This document shows, piece after piece, positions 32,101 to 46,059 of a DNA stretch of 64,000 bases. The stretch is from NCBI RefSeq assembly GCF_009914755.1, contig NC_060936.1; one strand, written 5' to 3'. Source of the DNA: the human T2T-CHM13v2.0 reference genome, Homo sapiens. The position numbers and the translations under genes are program-made. Numbering within the stretch: the first letter of the stretch is position 1; the number at the start of each line of letters is the position of its first letter. The notes beneath the pieces are model-generated. The model did not search any database and was not told the origin of the DNA. It was given only the letters and a program-made list of their open reading frames with translations.

Positions 32101-35100
32101 ATTTTTTCCGACCACAGTGGAATAAAACTAGAAATGAATAAAAAGAGGAACCTCAGAAACTTCACAAACACATGGAAATTAAACAATATCTCCTGAACAA
32201 CAAATGGGTCAATGAAGAAATTAAGAAAGAAATTTAAAAAATTTTGAAACAAATGAAAATGGAAATACAACATACCAAAATCTATGAGATACAGCAAAAA
32301 CAGTACTTAGAGGGAGGTTTATAGCAATAAACTCACAGGGCAAAAAGTAGGAAGGCTTCAAATCAACAGCCTAAGGATGTACCTCAAGAACCTAGGAAAA
32401 GCAAGAACAAACCAAACCCCAAATTCAAACAATAAAAGAAATAATTAAGATCAGAGAAAAAATAAGTGAAACTGAGATTTTTAAAAAAATACTGAAGATA
32501 CAGAAGAGCAACAAAACAAAAAGTTGGGTTTTTGAAAAGATAAAATCAACAAACCATTAACTGAACTAACCAAGAAAAAAGAAAGAAGACTCAAATAACT
32601 AAAAAGAGGAATGAAAAAAGATACATGACAACTGAGAACATAGAAATAAAAAGAATCATTAAAGACTATTATGAACAACTATACAACAACAAATTGGGAG
32701 ACTAAAAAGAAATTGATAAATTTCTGAATTAATATCCTCGGTAGATATTAATCTACCAAGATTGAATCATGAGGAAATAGAAAATCTCAACAAACTAGTA
32801 ATGAGTAACAAGATTGAAGCTATGATAAAATGTCTCCATCAAAGAAAACTCTGAGACCTGATGGCTTCACCACAGAATTTTGCCAAACTTTTGAACAAGA
32901 ATTCATGTCAGTTCTACTCAAATTCTTAAAAAAAAGTGAATAGGAAGGAACACATCTGAACTAATTCTACGAGGCCAGCATTACTCTGATATCCAAACCA
33001 GACAAGAACATAATGAAAAAAGAAAACTATAGACCGATATTACTGATGAGCGTAGATGCAACAATCCTCAACAAAATACTAGCAAATCGAATTTAATAAC
33101 ACATTAAAAAGAACATTCACCATGATCAAGTGGGATTCATCCCAGGGGTGCAAGAATGGTTCAATTATGCAAGTCAATAATATGACACATCATATTAACA
33201 GAACCAAAAATAAAAGCAATATAATTATTTCAGTAGATGCTGAAAACATATTTGATAAAATTCAACATCCCTTTATGAGAAAATTTTCAACAAACTGGGT
33301 ATAGAGAAACATACCTAAAAATAAGAAAAGACATATATGAAAACCCATAGCTAACATTGTATTAAATTGGGAACAATTGAAAGTCTTTCCCCTAAGACCT
33401 GGAACAAGACAAGGATGCCCACTTTCACCATGCTATTCAACATAATACTGGAAGTGCTGGGCAGAGCACTTAGGCAAGAGAAAGAAATAAAAGCCATTCA
33501 AATTGAAAAGAGAAAAACCCAAATGGTCCAACAAAAATTTCTTAGAACTGATAAATGAATTCAGGAAAGTTACAGGATACAAAATTAGCATACAAAAATC
33601 AGTAGTATTTATATATACCAACAGCAAGCAGTCTGAAGAAGAAATCAAGAAAGCAATCCCATTTACAATAGCTACAAAGAATACAAAATACCTGGGCATC
33701 AATTTAACCAAAAAAGATAAAGATCTACAGAAGAGAAACTATCTAACACTGAGGAAAGAATTTGGAGAGGACACACAAAAGATGAAACTGTCATTTTAAC
33801 AATATTAATTCTTCCAATCCATGAACATATATCTCATGCTCATAGATTGGAAGAATTAATATTGTTATAATGACAATACTACCCAAAGCAATTTACAGAT
33901 TCAATGCAGTACTACAGAAATATCAATGACATTCTTCACAGAAATAGAAAAAACAATCCTAAAATGTATGTGGAATCACAAAAGACTCTGACTAGGCAAA
34001 GCAAACCTGAGAAAAAGAATAAAGCTGGTGACACTATACTATCTTACTTTAAAATATGCTACAAAGCTATAGGAACCAAATCAGCATGATACTGGCATAA
34101 TAACAGACACATAGGCCAATGGAACAGAATAGAGAACCCATATGTAAATCCACACATTTATAGTCAACTCATTTTTGACAAAGGCTCCAATAACATACAA
34201 TGGGGGAAAGAAAGTCTTTTTAATAAGTGATGCTGGAAAACAAGATACCCCATTTCAGAAGAATGAAACTTGATGCTTTTCTCTCACAGTATAAGAAATC
34301 AAATCACAATGGATTAAAGACTTAAACTTAAGACCTAAAACTATGAAACTAATAGGAGAAAACATTGGGGAAATGCTCCAGGATGTTGCTCTGGGCAAAG
34401 ATCTTTTGTGAAAGACCTCAAAAGCATAGGCAACCAAAGCACAAATGGACAAATGGGATTATATCAAGCTAAAAAGTTTCTGCACAGCCAAGAAAACATT
34501 CAACAAAGTGAAGAGATGACCCACAGAATGGAAGAAAATATTTGCAAATTATTTATCTGACAAAGGATTAATAATCAGAATTTATAAGGAGCTCAAGCAA
34601 ATCAATAGCAAAAAACAAGCAATTTTGATTGAAAAGACAAATAACCTGATTTAAAAATGGGCAAGAGATATGAATAAACATTTCTCAAAAGAAGACGTGC
34701 AAATGGCCAATAGGTATATGAAAAAAATGTCAACACTGCTAATCATCAGAGAAATGCAAATCAAAGCCACAATGTGATATTATCTCACCCCAGCTAAAAT
34801 GGCTTTTATCAAAAAGACAGGCAATAACAGATGCTGGTGAGGACATGGAGAAAGGAGAACCCTCAAACACTGTTGTTGGGAATGTAAATTAGTATAGCCA
34901 CTATGGAAACCAGTATGGAGGTTTCTCAAAAAATTAAAAATACAACTATCATATGATCCAGCAATGCCACTATTGGATATATATCCAAAAGAAAGGAAAT
35001 CAATATATTAAAGAGTATCTCCATTCCCATATTTATTGGAGCACTATTCAAAATCAATCTAAGTGCTTATCAGTGGATGAATGAATAGAGAAAATGTGGC

Positions 35101-35585
35101 ATATGCACACAATGGAATACTATTCAGACATAATAAGAATGAAATCTTTCTTTTGCAGCAGTATGGATGGAACTGGAGGCCATTATGTTAAATGAAATAA
35201 GCCAAGCACAGACAGACAAATATCACATGTTCTTACTCATATGTGGTAACTAAAAAAGTGGTTCTCATGAAGATAGAGAGTGGATTAGTGGTTATCAGAG
35301 GCTGGGAAGGGTAGGGAGTCAGAGGGATGAATAGGTACAAATATATGGTTTGATAGAAGAAATAAGACCTAGTGTTTGACACATCAGTAGGGTGACTATA
35401 GTTTGCAACAATCTACTGTACATTTCAAAATAGCTAGAAGAGAATAGTTGGAATGTTTCTAGCATAAAGAAAAGAAATATTTAAGGTGATGGGTATGTCA
35501 TCTTTACAAATTTTATGAATGTGTAAAATTATTACACGTGTGCCAAAAATTGTCCATCTATTATGTATCAATTAAAAGTATTTAA
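29169..35585 (+). mobile_element. Near full-length L1MA-type LINE-1 (~6.4 kb), dead
   Basis: 5' gacttctggttccaaaatggc; ORF1 remnant ~30000-30900; ORF2 EN ~31430-32200 and RT ~32800-33800 remnants with many stops; L1MA-type 3' UTR; TSD-like taaaaataaat on both sides. Confidence 0.92.
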
Positions 35586-36921
35586 AAATAAATACGCTTG
35601 AGAACATTAAAGTTATCATTGTAATGATACTGCTTTCAATGCCTTGTTTTCAGATGTGCTTTCCTGTAGATGGGGGATGGAGGGAATGGGCAGTGGGTGC
35701 CATCAGGGGAATTCTGAATAGCCCTGGGATTCCTGCGTGACTCAATCTTGCCCTTCATGGTTTCTGATTTTAAAAATATTTAAAAAGGGCTTTGGTAACC
35801 CCCCAGTTTTTATGTTACCGTTTTTCTCCTCCCAGAATGGCGCTTCCCAAACCCTAGTTATTTTAACATTATCTTCAAGATTTTTGTTGTATTTTGACTT
35901 ATGCCCCTTTAATTTTCAATTTAAGATTTGTTCTAATAGTCAATCCTGTTTAGCCATATCCTAAGCAATAATAATCATGAAATCATGGGATTGATGTGTT
36001 TGTTATTTCCACACATTAAAATAAGTACGTAATTTTAAAAATAAAATCATGGTTCATGTGCCATCAAAAATAATTCTCTACACCCCCAGTGGTGTGGTTA
36101 CCACACTTTGAAGACACACTGTTCCAGTAAGTGCTCTCATGAGTTGAAAACCTTATCTTTGATCCACTTATTCATTGGTAAATTCCATTTCTTCTTTTAA
36201 AATCATCTATTAGGTGCTTACTGTGTGCCAGACACTGGTCTATGCATGTGCGTTGCTTATTATTTTATTTAATTCTTTGAACAAAACTTTGAGGTTGTTA
36301 TTGCTATTCCCATTTTGCAAATGGAGAAAAGGAGTCTCAGAGACATGTCTGCACGTCTTGCCTAAGCTCACACAGCCTGTGGTTTTTCCAGGAGGACAGA
36401 ATCAGGTATCTATATTGTGAGAAACTATTAGCAGTGATGGGGAGGCTTGTTGACCTCCTCAAGAACGCAGGCACTGCGTTTCTAAGACGGCCTCAGCTCC
36501 TCTGAACAGTCAAATCACAGAGGAGACATTTGTTTGTGAAACATGTCACAGTGTTCCAGCAGCCTAGATTCTTTCCAAGAGTTTCTCAAAATCCAGCAGA
36601 ATAAATATCAGATTTGTTATTGCCTACCACATAATAGGAATATAACGTATTACCGTTGGAGCGCCAGGCTTTCAGCAGCCTCCATAAATCTGGCGCTCCA
36701 ATTGACTCCATATGCATTTAAGCAAAACTCAGCCCACATAGGGGAGCGGTGGATGTAATTGGAATATGGAATGGGGCTTTTGGATTAATCACATTCTGAA
36801 TATTAACTGTGTATTATGCTGATTTCCTTGCGAATATATTCAGAAGTCTCAGCATGTGTACCTGACTCAGGCTTATACAATCAGAATAGCAAATGTCCTG
36901 ATTGTGAGGTTGGAAACAGCT

Positions 36922-38200
<1,279 letters not shown>

Positions 38201-38409
38201 CATGGGAGCCAAAATTATCTCCCTAAAGCCTACATCTGCTCAGATCAGGCCTCGGATCAATACCTTCCAGGGGCTCCCTGTCATCCAAAGGAAAGAGTTC
38301 AGATGCCCAAGCTTGACTCTGGGAGCTTCTGAAATTGAAGGTGCACAGACTGCAGGCTCTGAACTGGGCTCTGTGGTTTACATACATAAAATGGGCTAAC
38401 AGTTCAGGC

Positions 38410-38920
38410 CTTAGACTTAGGGACTTAGACTACCTGGGTTTGGATCTTGCTCTATAATGTACTAACAGTGTGACCTTGAATAGTGAACTTAAAGTCCCCA
38501 AGTCTCAGTTTTCTCACCTGAAAAGGGAGAGAGCAATGATATCCAGCTTATAGAGTTGCTGAGATTAAATAATAAAAACAACAAGAATAATGAAAACAAG
38601 AACGATGCCATTTATTAAGTACCAACCTTCCCAGCGTCTAGCACATAGTAAGTGTTCAGTTAATCCACTCAACAAATATTTATTGAGTACCTACTATATT
38701 CCAGGTTCTGGAGCTTTTGAGACTCTAATAAATGTTAATTGTTATTACTATTATTTAATCTTTACAACAGTCTCATGGAAGAGGTACTACTATTTTCATC
38801 CTTATTTTACAGATAGGGAAACTGAGGATCAAAGGGATTAAGTAGTATACTGAAGGTAAGCTAACAGTTTAATTGAAGAGCCAAGAGTGGAGTCCTATTA
38901 ATTTTGGCTCCAAAGTCAAC
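38410..38920. mobile_element. MIR fragments in both orientations
   Basis: gtgtgaccttgaa...ctcagttttctcacctg (+) and ttttacagatagggaaactgagg (-). Confidence 0.7.
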
Positions 38921-39834
38921 AGAATTCTTTGTGAGGTCTAACGAAGCCTTTGAGAGTATATTTGTCTTTTCCATGGGACTGTAGGCTTCCAGAGGGCAGA
39001 CCTCATGGTGGATTTATCCTTGTGTTTGTCTCAGGCCTTGCAAAGAGTTTTGTACACAACAAGTGCTCAACAAATGGCTAACAAAGTAAACTGAATACTG
39101 TCTTAAAGCTTTCTTGAATGTGATTTGTGGTTTGTGTCTGAGTATTCACCCCCACTATGTCGAGTGCATATGGTGCTTCTCTAGTTCTTTGCAAGGAAAG
39201 ATAACTTGGCTTGGTGGTGGAGAAGGATGGGTGTCCAAAGTGAAACTCATCTTCTTCCTCCACCCACCTGCTCCTGCTTGAGGTCCCTATCTCTGTGAAC
39301 ATAGCACAGTCAACCCACTGCTCATACAAGATACCAGGGATTGACCCTCCCCTGCTCTTCCCTCTCCCTCTTTGTTGATAGCCACTCAACTGCCATGTGC
39401 TGGGGATCCCTTCTCCTAAATCTTTCCTCTTCAGCCATATCTCTTCATCCCTGTCCACCCCCAACTTAGTCTAGGCTGCCTCCAGCTCTGGCTTGGATCC
39501 CGTCTCACTTCTCTGCCTGCTTCTAGCCTGGGCCCCCATCCCCTCGTCTCATTCCATTCCCTACTGGGCAACCAGAACCATCTTTGTCAACCACAGACAG
39601 ATCAGACCAGCCTCTTTCCTGCTTCAAACTCTGCATGGTTCTGGTTACCTAGAGCAGTGACCTCCAAAATAAGGGACCCACAAACTGGGGGCAATGAAGA
39701 ATGATCCCCTTGAGTATGAGAAGAAGGTATTGAAATTTCTTTTTCGGTTTATTTTCTACTTTATCCTTTAGAAATTATATTTCTGTACATGTTTTACATA
39801 TTTCATTATATTTCTATGCTTAGTTTACATTCAA

Positions 39835-40480
39835 TAGAGTCTGAGGCAGAGATTTGGATGCATGGGGCTTACTGCAAGAGTGAGCTCAGGAGAAACCTAT
39901 GAGAGAATAAGAGAAGTGGGATGGAGTCTCATGCCTGTAATCCCAGCAATTTGGGAGGCCAAGGGGGGTGGATCGCTTGAGCCCAAGGGTCTGAAATGAG
40001 CCTGGGCAACATAGTGAGACCCTGTCTCTACAAAGAAATACAAAAATTAGCCAGGCATGGTGGTGCATGCTTGTAGTCCCAACTACTCAGGAAGCTGAGG
40101 TGGGAGGATCACTTGAGCCGGGAAGGCGGAGGTTGCAGTGAGTCAAGATCAAGACTGTGCCACTGCACTGCAGCCTGGGCCACAGAGCGAGACCCTGTCT
40201 CAAAAAAAAAAAGCAGGATGAGGTACAGGGAAATAGCTAAGCAAAGGTGTGGCCTCAGCTGGAGTCTAGCTTCAGCCTGAACCCAGGGGGAGCTCTGGAG
40301 GGTAAATTGCACTGCAAGGAGTCAAGTTGACTTTTTGTGTACCTGTGTCAGCCACCTGACCTTAGGCTGGTGAGGGGTGTCAATTTCCAAGTGAGTCCAT
40401 TCTCCTTAGCCACGGGAAATTCTTTGGATAGGAGGACAGCTGTGAGCAGTGAGCAGTAACACTCCTGCTATGTCCACAGG
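39835..40480 (-). mobile_element. LTR16-like ERVL LTR interrupted by an Alu
   Basis: ctgaggcagagatttggatgcat...cccaggggagctctggag-type motifs. Confidence 0.55.
39928..40212 (+). mobile_element. Alu (AluJ-type), first ~15 nt missing
   Basis: Starts ctcatgcctgtaatccc; diverged TSD aagtgggatg / aagcaggatg. Confidence 0.9.
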
Positions 40481-41081
40481 TGTGAGGGACAGATGGGACC
40501 CATTTGTTAGTTTCATATGTTCTTTATTTGAAAAAAGATCTTCAAACTATAAGTGTAACTATTTGTTTTATACCATTACTTTACTTATCTTTTTTGGAAT
40601 AGTAATATTTTGTATGTTGGATTTTATTATTTGTCTTCCATATCTGTTATTTTTCTTTTATTCTTTTTCACTTTAGTTTGTTTTGTTTTTCTCAAATTTT
40701 CTTCTGTGTCTCTTATATTTTAATCATGTCAATTTGACTCTGTTTACTTCTATTTTTACTGTATTTTTCATGTTCACACTGAACTTTTTGAGAACCATTT
40801 CATCCCCTTCTGCTGCCTTCGAATTTCTTCCCTGAATGCTTTTTGCTCTGGGCTAGATCCCAGCTGAGGAGGCCGCACCTTTGCTTAGCTTTTTCCCTTA
40901 ACTCCATCCTGCTTCCCTTATTCTCCCATAGGGTTTTCCTGAGTGCATGCCTTCGGTAAGCCCCATGCATCCAAATCCTTGCCTCAGGCTCCATTGAACT
41001 TGAAAACTAAGATAGTAACATGCAAAGAAATATAACTTTAAAAGGACAAAATAGAACTAGACATTGTCTCTTGTTTCTTAG

Positions 41082-41410
<329 letters not shown>

Positions 41411-41879
41411 GACAATGGTCTTATTAAGCATTTTAAACAATCATTGTGATGTAGTTTGCCTCAATTATGTCAACTTTTTATTATAGAAATATCTGGATAT
41501 ATGCAAAAGTGGGCAGACTTGCATGCTAAACACCCAGGTGTGCATCATGCAGCTTGAACACGCAGTCTGTCTGTTCAGGCCAAGTCTAGAATCTGTAGCT
41601 ACGGCCTGGGAGGGTGGTGGAATCAGAGTGGACACCTTTGCAGTCTGTTAACAGCAGTGATGTCGTGAGACATTTGATAGGGGATTGATGTGTCATACCT
41701 AGAACAAGGGCCCCAGAATGACCTTGTCTGTTTCATGTCCTGCTAAGTATTCAAAGCCCAGCCAAGGTCCAGCACAACATGGGCATCCAAACATTTGTTA
41801 AGAGAATGACCGTCCTCAGCTTCTTGTTCCTGGTCTATCATTATTATTATTTTTATCATTATTATTGACAAAATTGCAT

Positions 41880-43340
41880 ATAGCCCTTAGTGCATGCCAG
41901 GCACTATTCTAAGTGCTTGATATGTATTAATAATTTACCCTCAGAACAACCCTGTGAAGTAGATATTATTATTGTTCTCAGGAAACTAAGGCACGGAGAG
42001 GCTAAGTCTCTTGCCAGAGGCCACTCAACTGGTAACAGAACCAGGATTCTCATTCAGGCCTGCTGGCATCTGCGACCTTGCCTGGGAATGTCCTTGAGTT
42101 TCCTTGTCTGAGGGCAGCAGTCAGCAGAAGGAGGTTGGGCAGTCCCTGTGGGTGGTGTCGGGATGCAGACTGGAGGAGAAGGGCCAGGGGACTCAGAAGC
42201 AGGGCTAAAGAGGGGCTGAGGGGCAAGGAGGGCGTGGCAAGGGAGAGGAGGGCCTAGCAGAGTCGTAAGGATGGGATCTCGAAGGAGACAGACCAGGCGT
42301 GAAGTCCCGCTGCCCCTTCATCGGCTGCGTGTCCTTTGTCAAGTCATCTCTTTATTGGGAAATTCATTCTCTTGATTTATAAAACAGGCTTCATAATCTG
42401 ACCTCAGGGTTACTGCTTTGTCACTGTCCTGTCTCTGATACCCCTAGATGGCTCCTGTTGCTCACCCACCCATTCACTGAATGAATGAAGCAGTGCAGCC
42501 TTCGATAGCTGTTTAAGTCTCTTGCAGTAGTATTACTTGGTGCTGGCTACCGCTTGAAACCCACAAGTTTGGTCAGGATCTGGTGAATATTTTGGTTTGA
42601 GAGAGGTTTTCTCAAGGATTCTGGGGGTGCAATGGCATGTATTTTGGGGGCTTATCTCTCAGCATGTGGAAGGGACATAAAGCTTCCTTCTCTTCAGCTT
42701 CCTCTGGGGTTGGCAGACACTTTGGTTCACACTAGGCAAGAGAGTGTATTGGTTGACAGTGGCAGCTCTGGATTCAAACAGACAGGTTCAAATTTCAGAC
42801 CGCTTCCTACACACATGATCTTGGTCAGCTTATTTAACGTCCCAGGGCCTCAGTTTCCTCATTTGTAAAGTGAGGGTAAAGAAATGTATTCCAGCCCTGT
42901 TTTAAGGATTAAATGAGGAAATACAGGTGAACACAGCTTGGACAGTTCCCAGCACATGGTGGTGCTTGGTAAATGCACACACACCGAATTCCTTTGTGCA
43001 TCAAGGAAGGGGTGATTGTGAATATTTTCAGATGTGTCCTTACCCACACCTGAGTAGATGGAGATTATTGCAGGGCTCTGCCCACAACTGAGGAACTGCC
43101 TTCTTGTCATATAGAGTACTACTAAACATCTATAAAACAATTGCGTATGCCAGGCACTCTTCCAGATACTTTATTTACATTACTTAATTTAATCTTCACA
43201 AAAATCCTAGGAAGTAGATACTATATTACCCTATTTTTCAATAAAGAAGCAGAGGATCAGAAATGTTAAGTGACTTTCCTGAAGTCACACAGCTAGCATG
43301 CGACAGAGATGGGCTTTAAACCCAAAGCTAGTGAACTGAA
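41880..43340. mobile_element. Cluster of MIR fragments (~41880-42075 -, 42290-42410 +, 42730-42975 +, 43145-43340 -)
   Basis: MIR core motifs cctcagtttcctcatttgtaaa and taagtgactttcctgaagtcacacagctag. Confidence 0.7.
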
Positions 43341-44758
43341 CCAAAATGCTATCCTTTCTCTCTAAAGTCAGTGAAACTCAGTGAGAGAGGGATATAGTAA
43401 CTTTCTGGCTCTCCCCTGTTCTTTTATCTTCTTCAGACAGCAGCTGTTCACCTGCAGTCTCAGGAGGGAGGAAAGGGCCCATTAAGGGAGTGAGGACAGC
43501 ATCATTTCCGAGCAGACTCTCCAAGTCTCAGATGATGAGCTACTGCACTTCTGGACTGAGCTGATATCTCTGGAGCAAGGCACAGAGAAAGTGAAATGGG
43601 CAGAGCTGGCGAGATGTGCAGAGCACATCTTGTGTCTTCCACAGAGCTGGGAGTGCTTGGCTGGTTCAGCTCAGAGAATAAAATTTCCCATTGTTTACTT
43701 CTCAGTATATAAATATTTTTAAGTGAGCAGTATGAAAGAACAGCAGAAGGATTGTTGAATATGAGGGTGGAGGATGGGTGAAGACAACCAGTGGAAAATG
43801 GGCAGAAGGCTGATGGTGAGACTCCTCAGGGTGGTGGCAACGGAGAAGACAGGTGGGGTAAACTGGCCAGAGAAACAGCAGTCAGCCAAACTCTTGAGAG
43901 ACCTGGTAGCTTGACTCAGAGGAAGAAACTGGGCTTTGGAATTGGAAAGTTTTTAACTTGTCACTTCCTGGGTGGGTAATCTTGGGTCAATGACTTCCTC
44001 TCTCTGACCTCAGTTTTCCTATCTGTAGTGTGGGGAAGAGGGTGGCTTGATAATCTCTTTGCTCCCTGACCTAACTCTCTTGTTCTCTTATTTTGGGGCA
44101 TGTTTAAAGATGTTAGGGATGGCAAGAGTGGCCTCCCTCAAGCCCTCCAGGGATAGGACAGGTCATTCTGCATCTGTTAAAGTTCCTTGCTTCATTTGGC
44201 ACATGAGGCTGCCAAAATGCAGGCCCGAAATTGGCACTCTTGTCTGCCAGGAGCCTGAAGTTTTTGCAACCAAAGGGAGAAGCCTCATTAGATCTTGCCA
44301 GACAGCAGTGTCCCTGGAATATGTCGAGGGCCCCAAAGTGCCCTGGAATCTTGAGCCTGGAGAAATGTGGACAATGGATAGGCTATGCGAGGAGCCCAGG
44401 ATGCTTCAGGTAATGGGCATGCCCTAGCACTCCACACAAGGTGATGTGGAAGGTGCCCAAGTGCAGGGAGGGAAGCCTGATCTGAGGCCCCAGCGACAGC
44501 TGATAGGGTCAGACAAAGGCACCATGGAGAGCTCCTCAGGGAGCCATGGTCTACGGGGTGACTTGGCCAGCAGCTTTGCCCAAGCAGACTGTACCATACT
44601 GAATGGTAGCAAACTGGGCCAATCAGGGTCTCTGTTTGTATATGTAAAAATTCTAGGTGAATAAAGAGAAAATGAATCTCTTGGGTCAGACTGTGATCCA
44701 TGATGTTGACACCATGCTATCAAGATGGAGGTTCACCTCTGTTTTGGAAGCTCTGGGA

Positions 44759-44970
44759 CCAACTGCAGCGTATGAGGCCAAATTTCATTTCCCCTGAGAA
44801 AAATAATATTTCAACACTCTCCAGGAGGCCTTGAAATACAATGTATGGTTTTCCAACACCAGGGGAAGAAGCAGTGTTTGTTTTCAGCTGCCTAGTGGGT
44901 TGTGCCAAAGAACAAGACCACATTTTGTAGTGAATTCTTGGAGCATTTCTCTGGCCCAATAACAACAACA

Positions 44971-45001
<31 letters not shown>

Positions 45002-45751
45002 CTTCTTCTTCTTCTTCTTCTTCTTCTTCTTCTTCTTCTTTCTTCTTCTTCCTCTTCTTCTTCCTCTTCTTCTTCCTCTTCTTCTTCCTCTTCTTCTTCT
45101 TCTTCCTCTTCTTCCTCTTCTTCCTTCTTCTTCCTTCTTCTTCCTTCTTCTTTCTTCTTCTCATTCTTCTCCTTCTTCTCCTTCTTCCCCTTCCCCTTCT
45201 TCCCCTTCTTCCCCTTCTTCTTCTTCTTCTTCTTCTTCTTCTTCTTCTTCTTCTTCTTCTTCTTCTTCTTCTTCTTCTTCCTCCTTCTCCTTCTCCTTCT
45301 CCTTCTCCTTCTCCTTCTCCTTCTCCTTCTCCTTCTCCTTCTTCTTCTTCTTCTTCTTCTTCTTCTTCTTCTTCTTCTTCTTCCTCTTTGAGGACTAATT
45401 GCTCTGTGATTGTCTTTACTGGGTGGAGGAGGCAGTGGTGTCAGGAGGTGGCAGAGGAGGGAATAGGAAGAGGCACAGTTGACCGAGAATTAAGGTTTAG
45501 AGGGGAAAATTCTGAATGACTCTGTGCTTTGCCAAGGGCATTGCTGGGACGACCTTGCTGCATGACTACAGAAAACATCCTATGTTAGTTACACAATTCA
45601 TCATTCACAAAGCAAAGGTGTACCTGCAGAATCTCATCTAGTACTCACAGCAATTCTGAGAGGTAGGTGGTATAATTCCCATTTCACAGATGTAGAAACT
45701 GAGGCTTGGACAGTTTCTGCCTTTAACAAATATGAATTAAAGAGTCATGGG
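44759..45751 (+). repeat. Local segmental duplication, copy 2, containing the TTC tract
   Basis: Aligns to 36922-37509 on both sides of the microsatellite. Confidence 0.95.
44959..45389. repeat. Compound (AAC)4-(CTT)23...(CTT)22-(CTCCTT)10-(CTT)14 microsatellite (GAA on minus strand)
   Basis: Direct read; 44972-45389 is all pyrimidine except one A at 45163. Confidence 0.98.
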
Positions 45752-46059
45752 GGAGGTGTTCTCTGCCTACAGTCCTACAATGAAAACTTTCACCAAATGC
45801 AAAGAATCTGAGGCCCAGAGAGGTTAAGTGACTTATCTGTAGTCACACAGCTAGCAAATGGCAGAGATGGGTTTTAAACTGAAAACAGTCACCTCCAAAG
45901 CCTGTGCATTTAACTATTATGTTACATTGTGTTGTGGTTGATCCATCCATCCATCCATGTATCTGTCTATTTTTAAATTTATTGAGCACCTCACTGTGTG
46001 TATCCAAAATGTGATTCTTCCTTGACTGCCAAGAGCTAGCTGTCTTCTATCATTCTCCT

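Noticed and set aside
44892-45519. 205 aa poly-S/F/L ORF and poly-K/E ORF
   Set aside because: Read-through of the TTC microsatellite; no evidence of expression (repeat-associated translation cannot be assessed from sequence)
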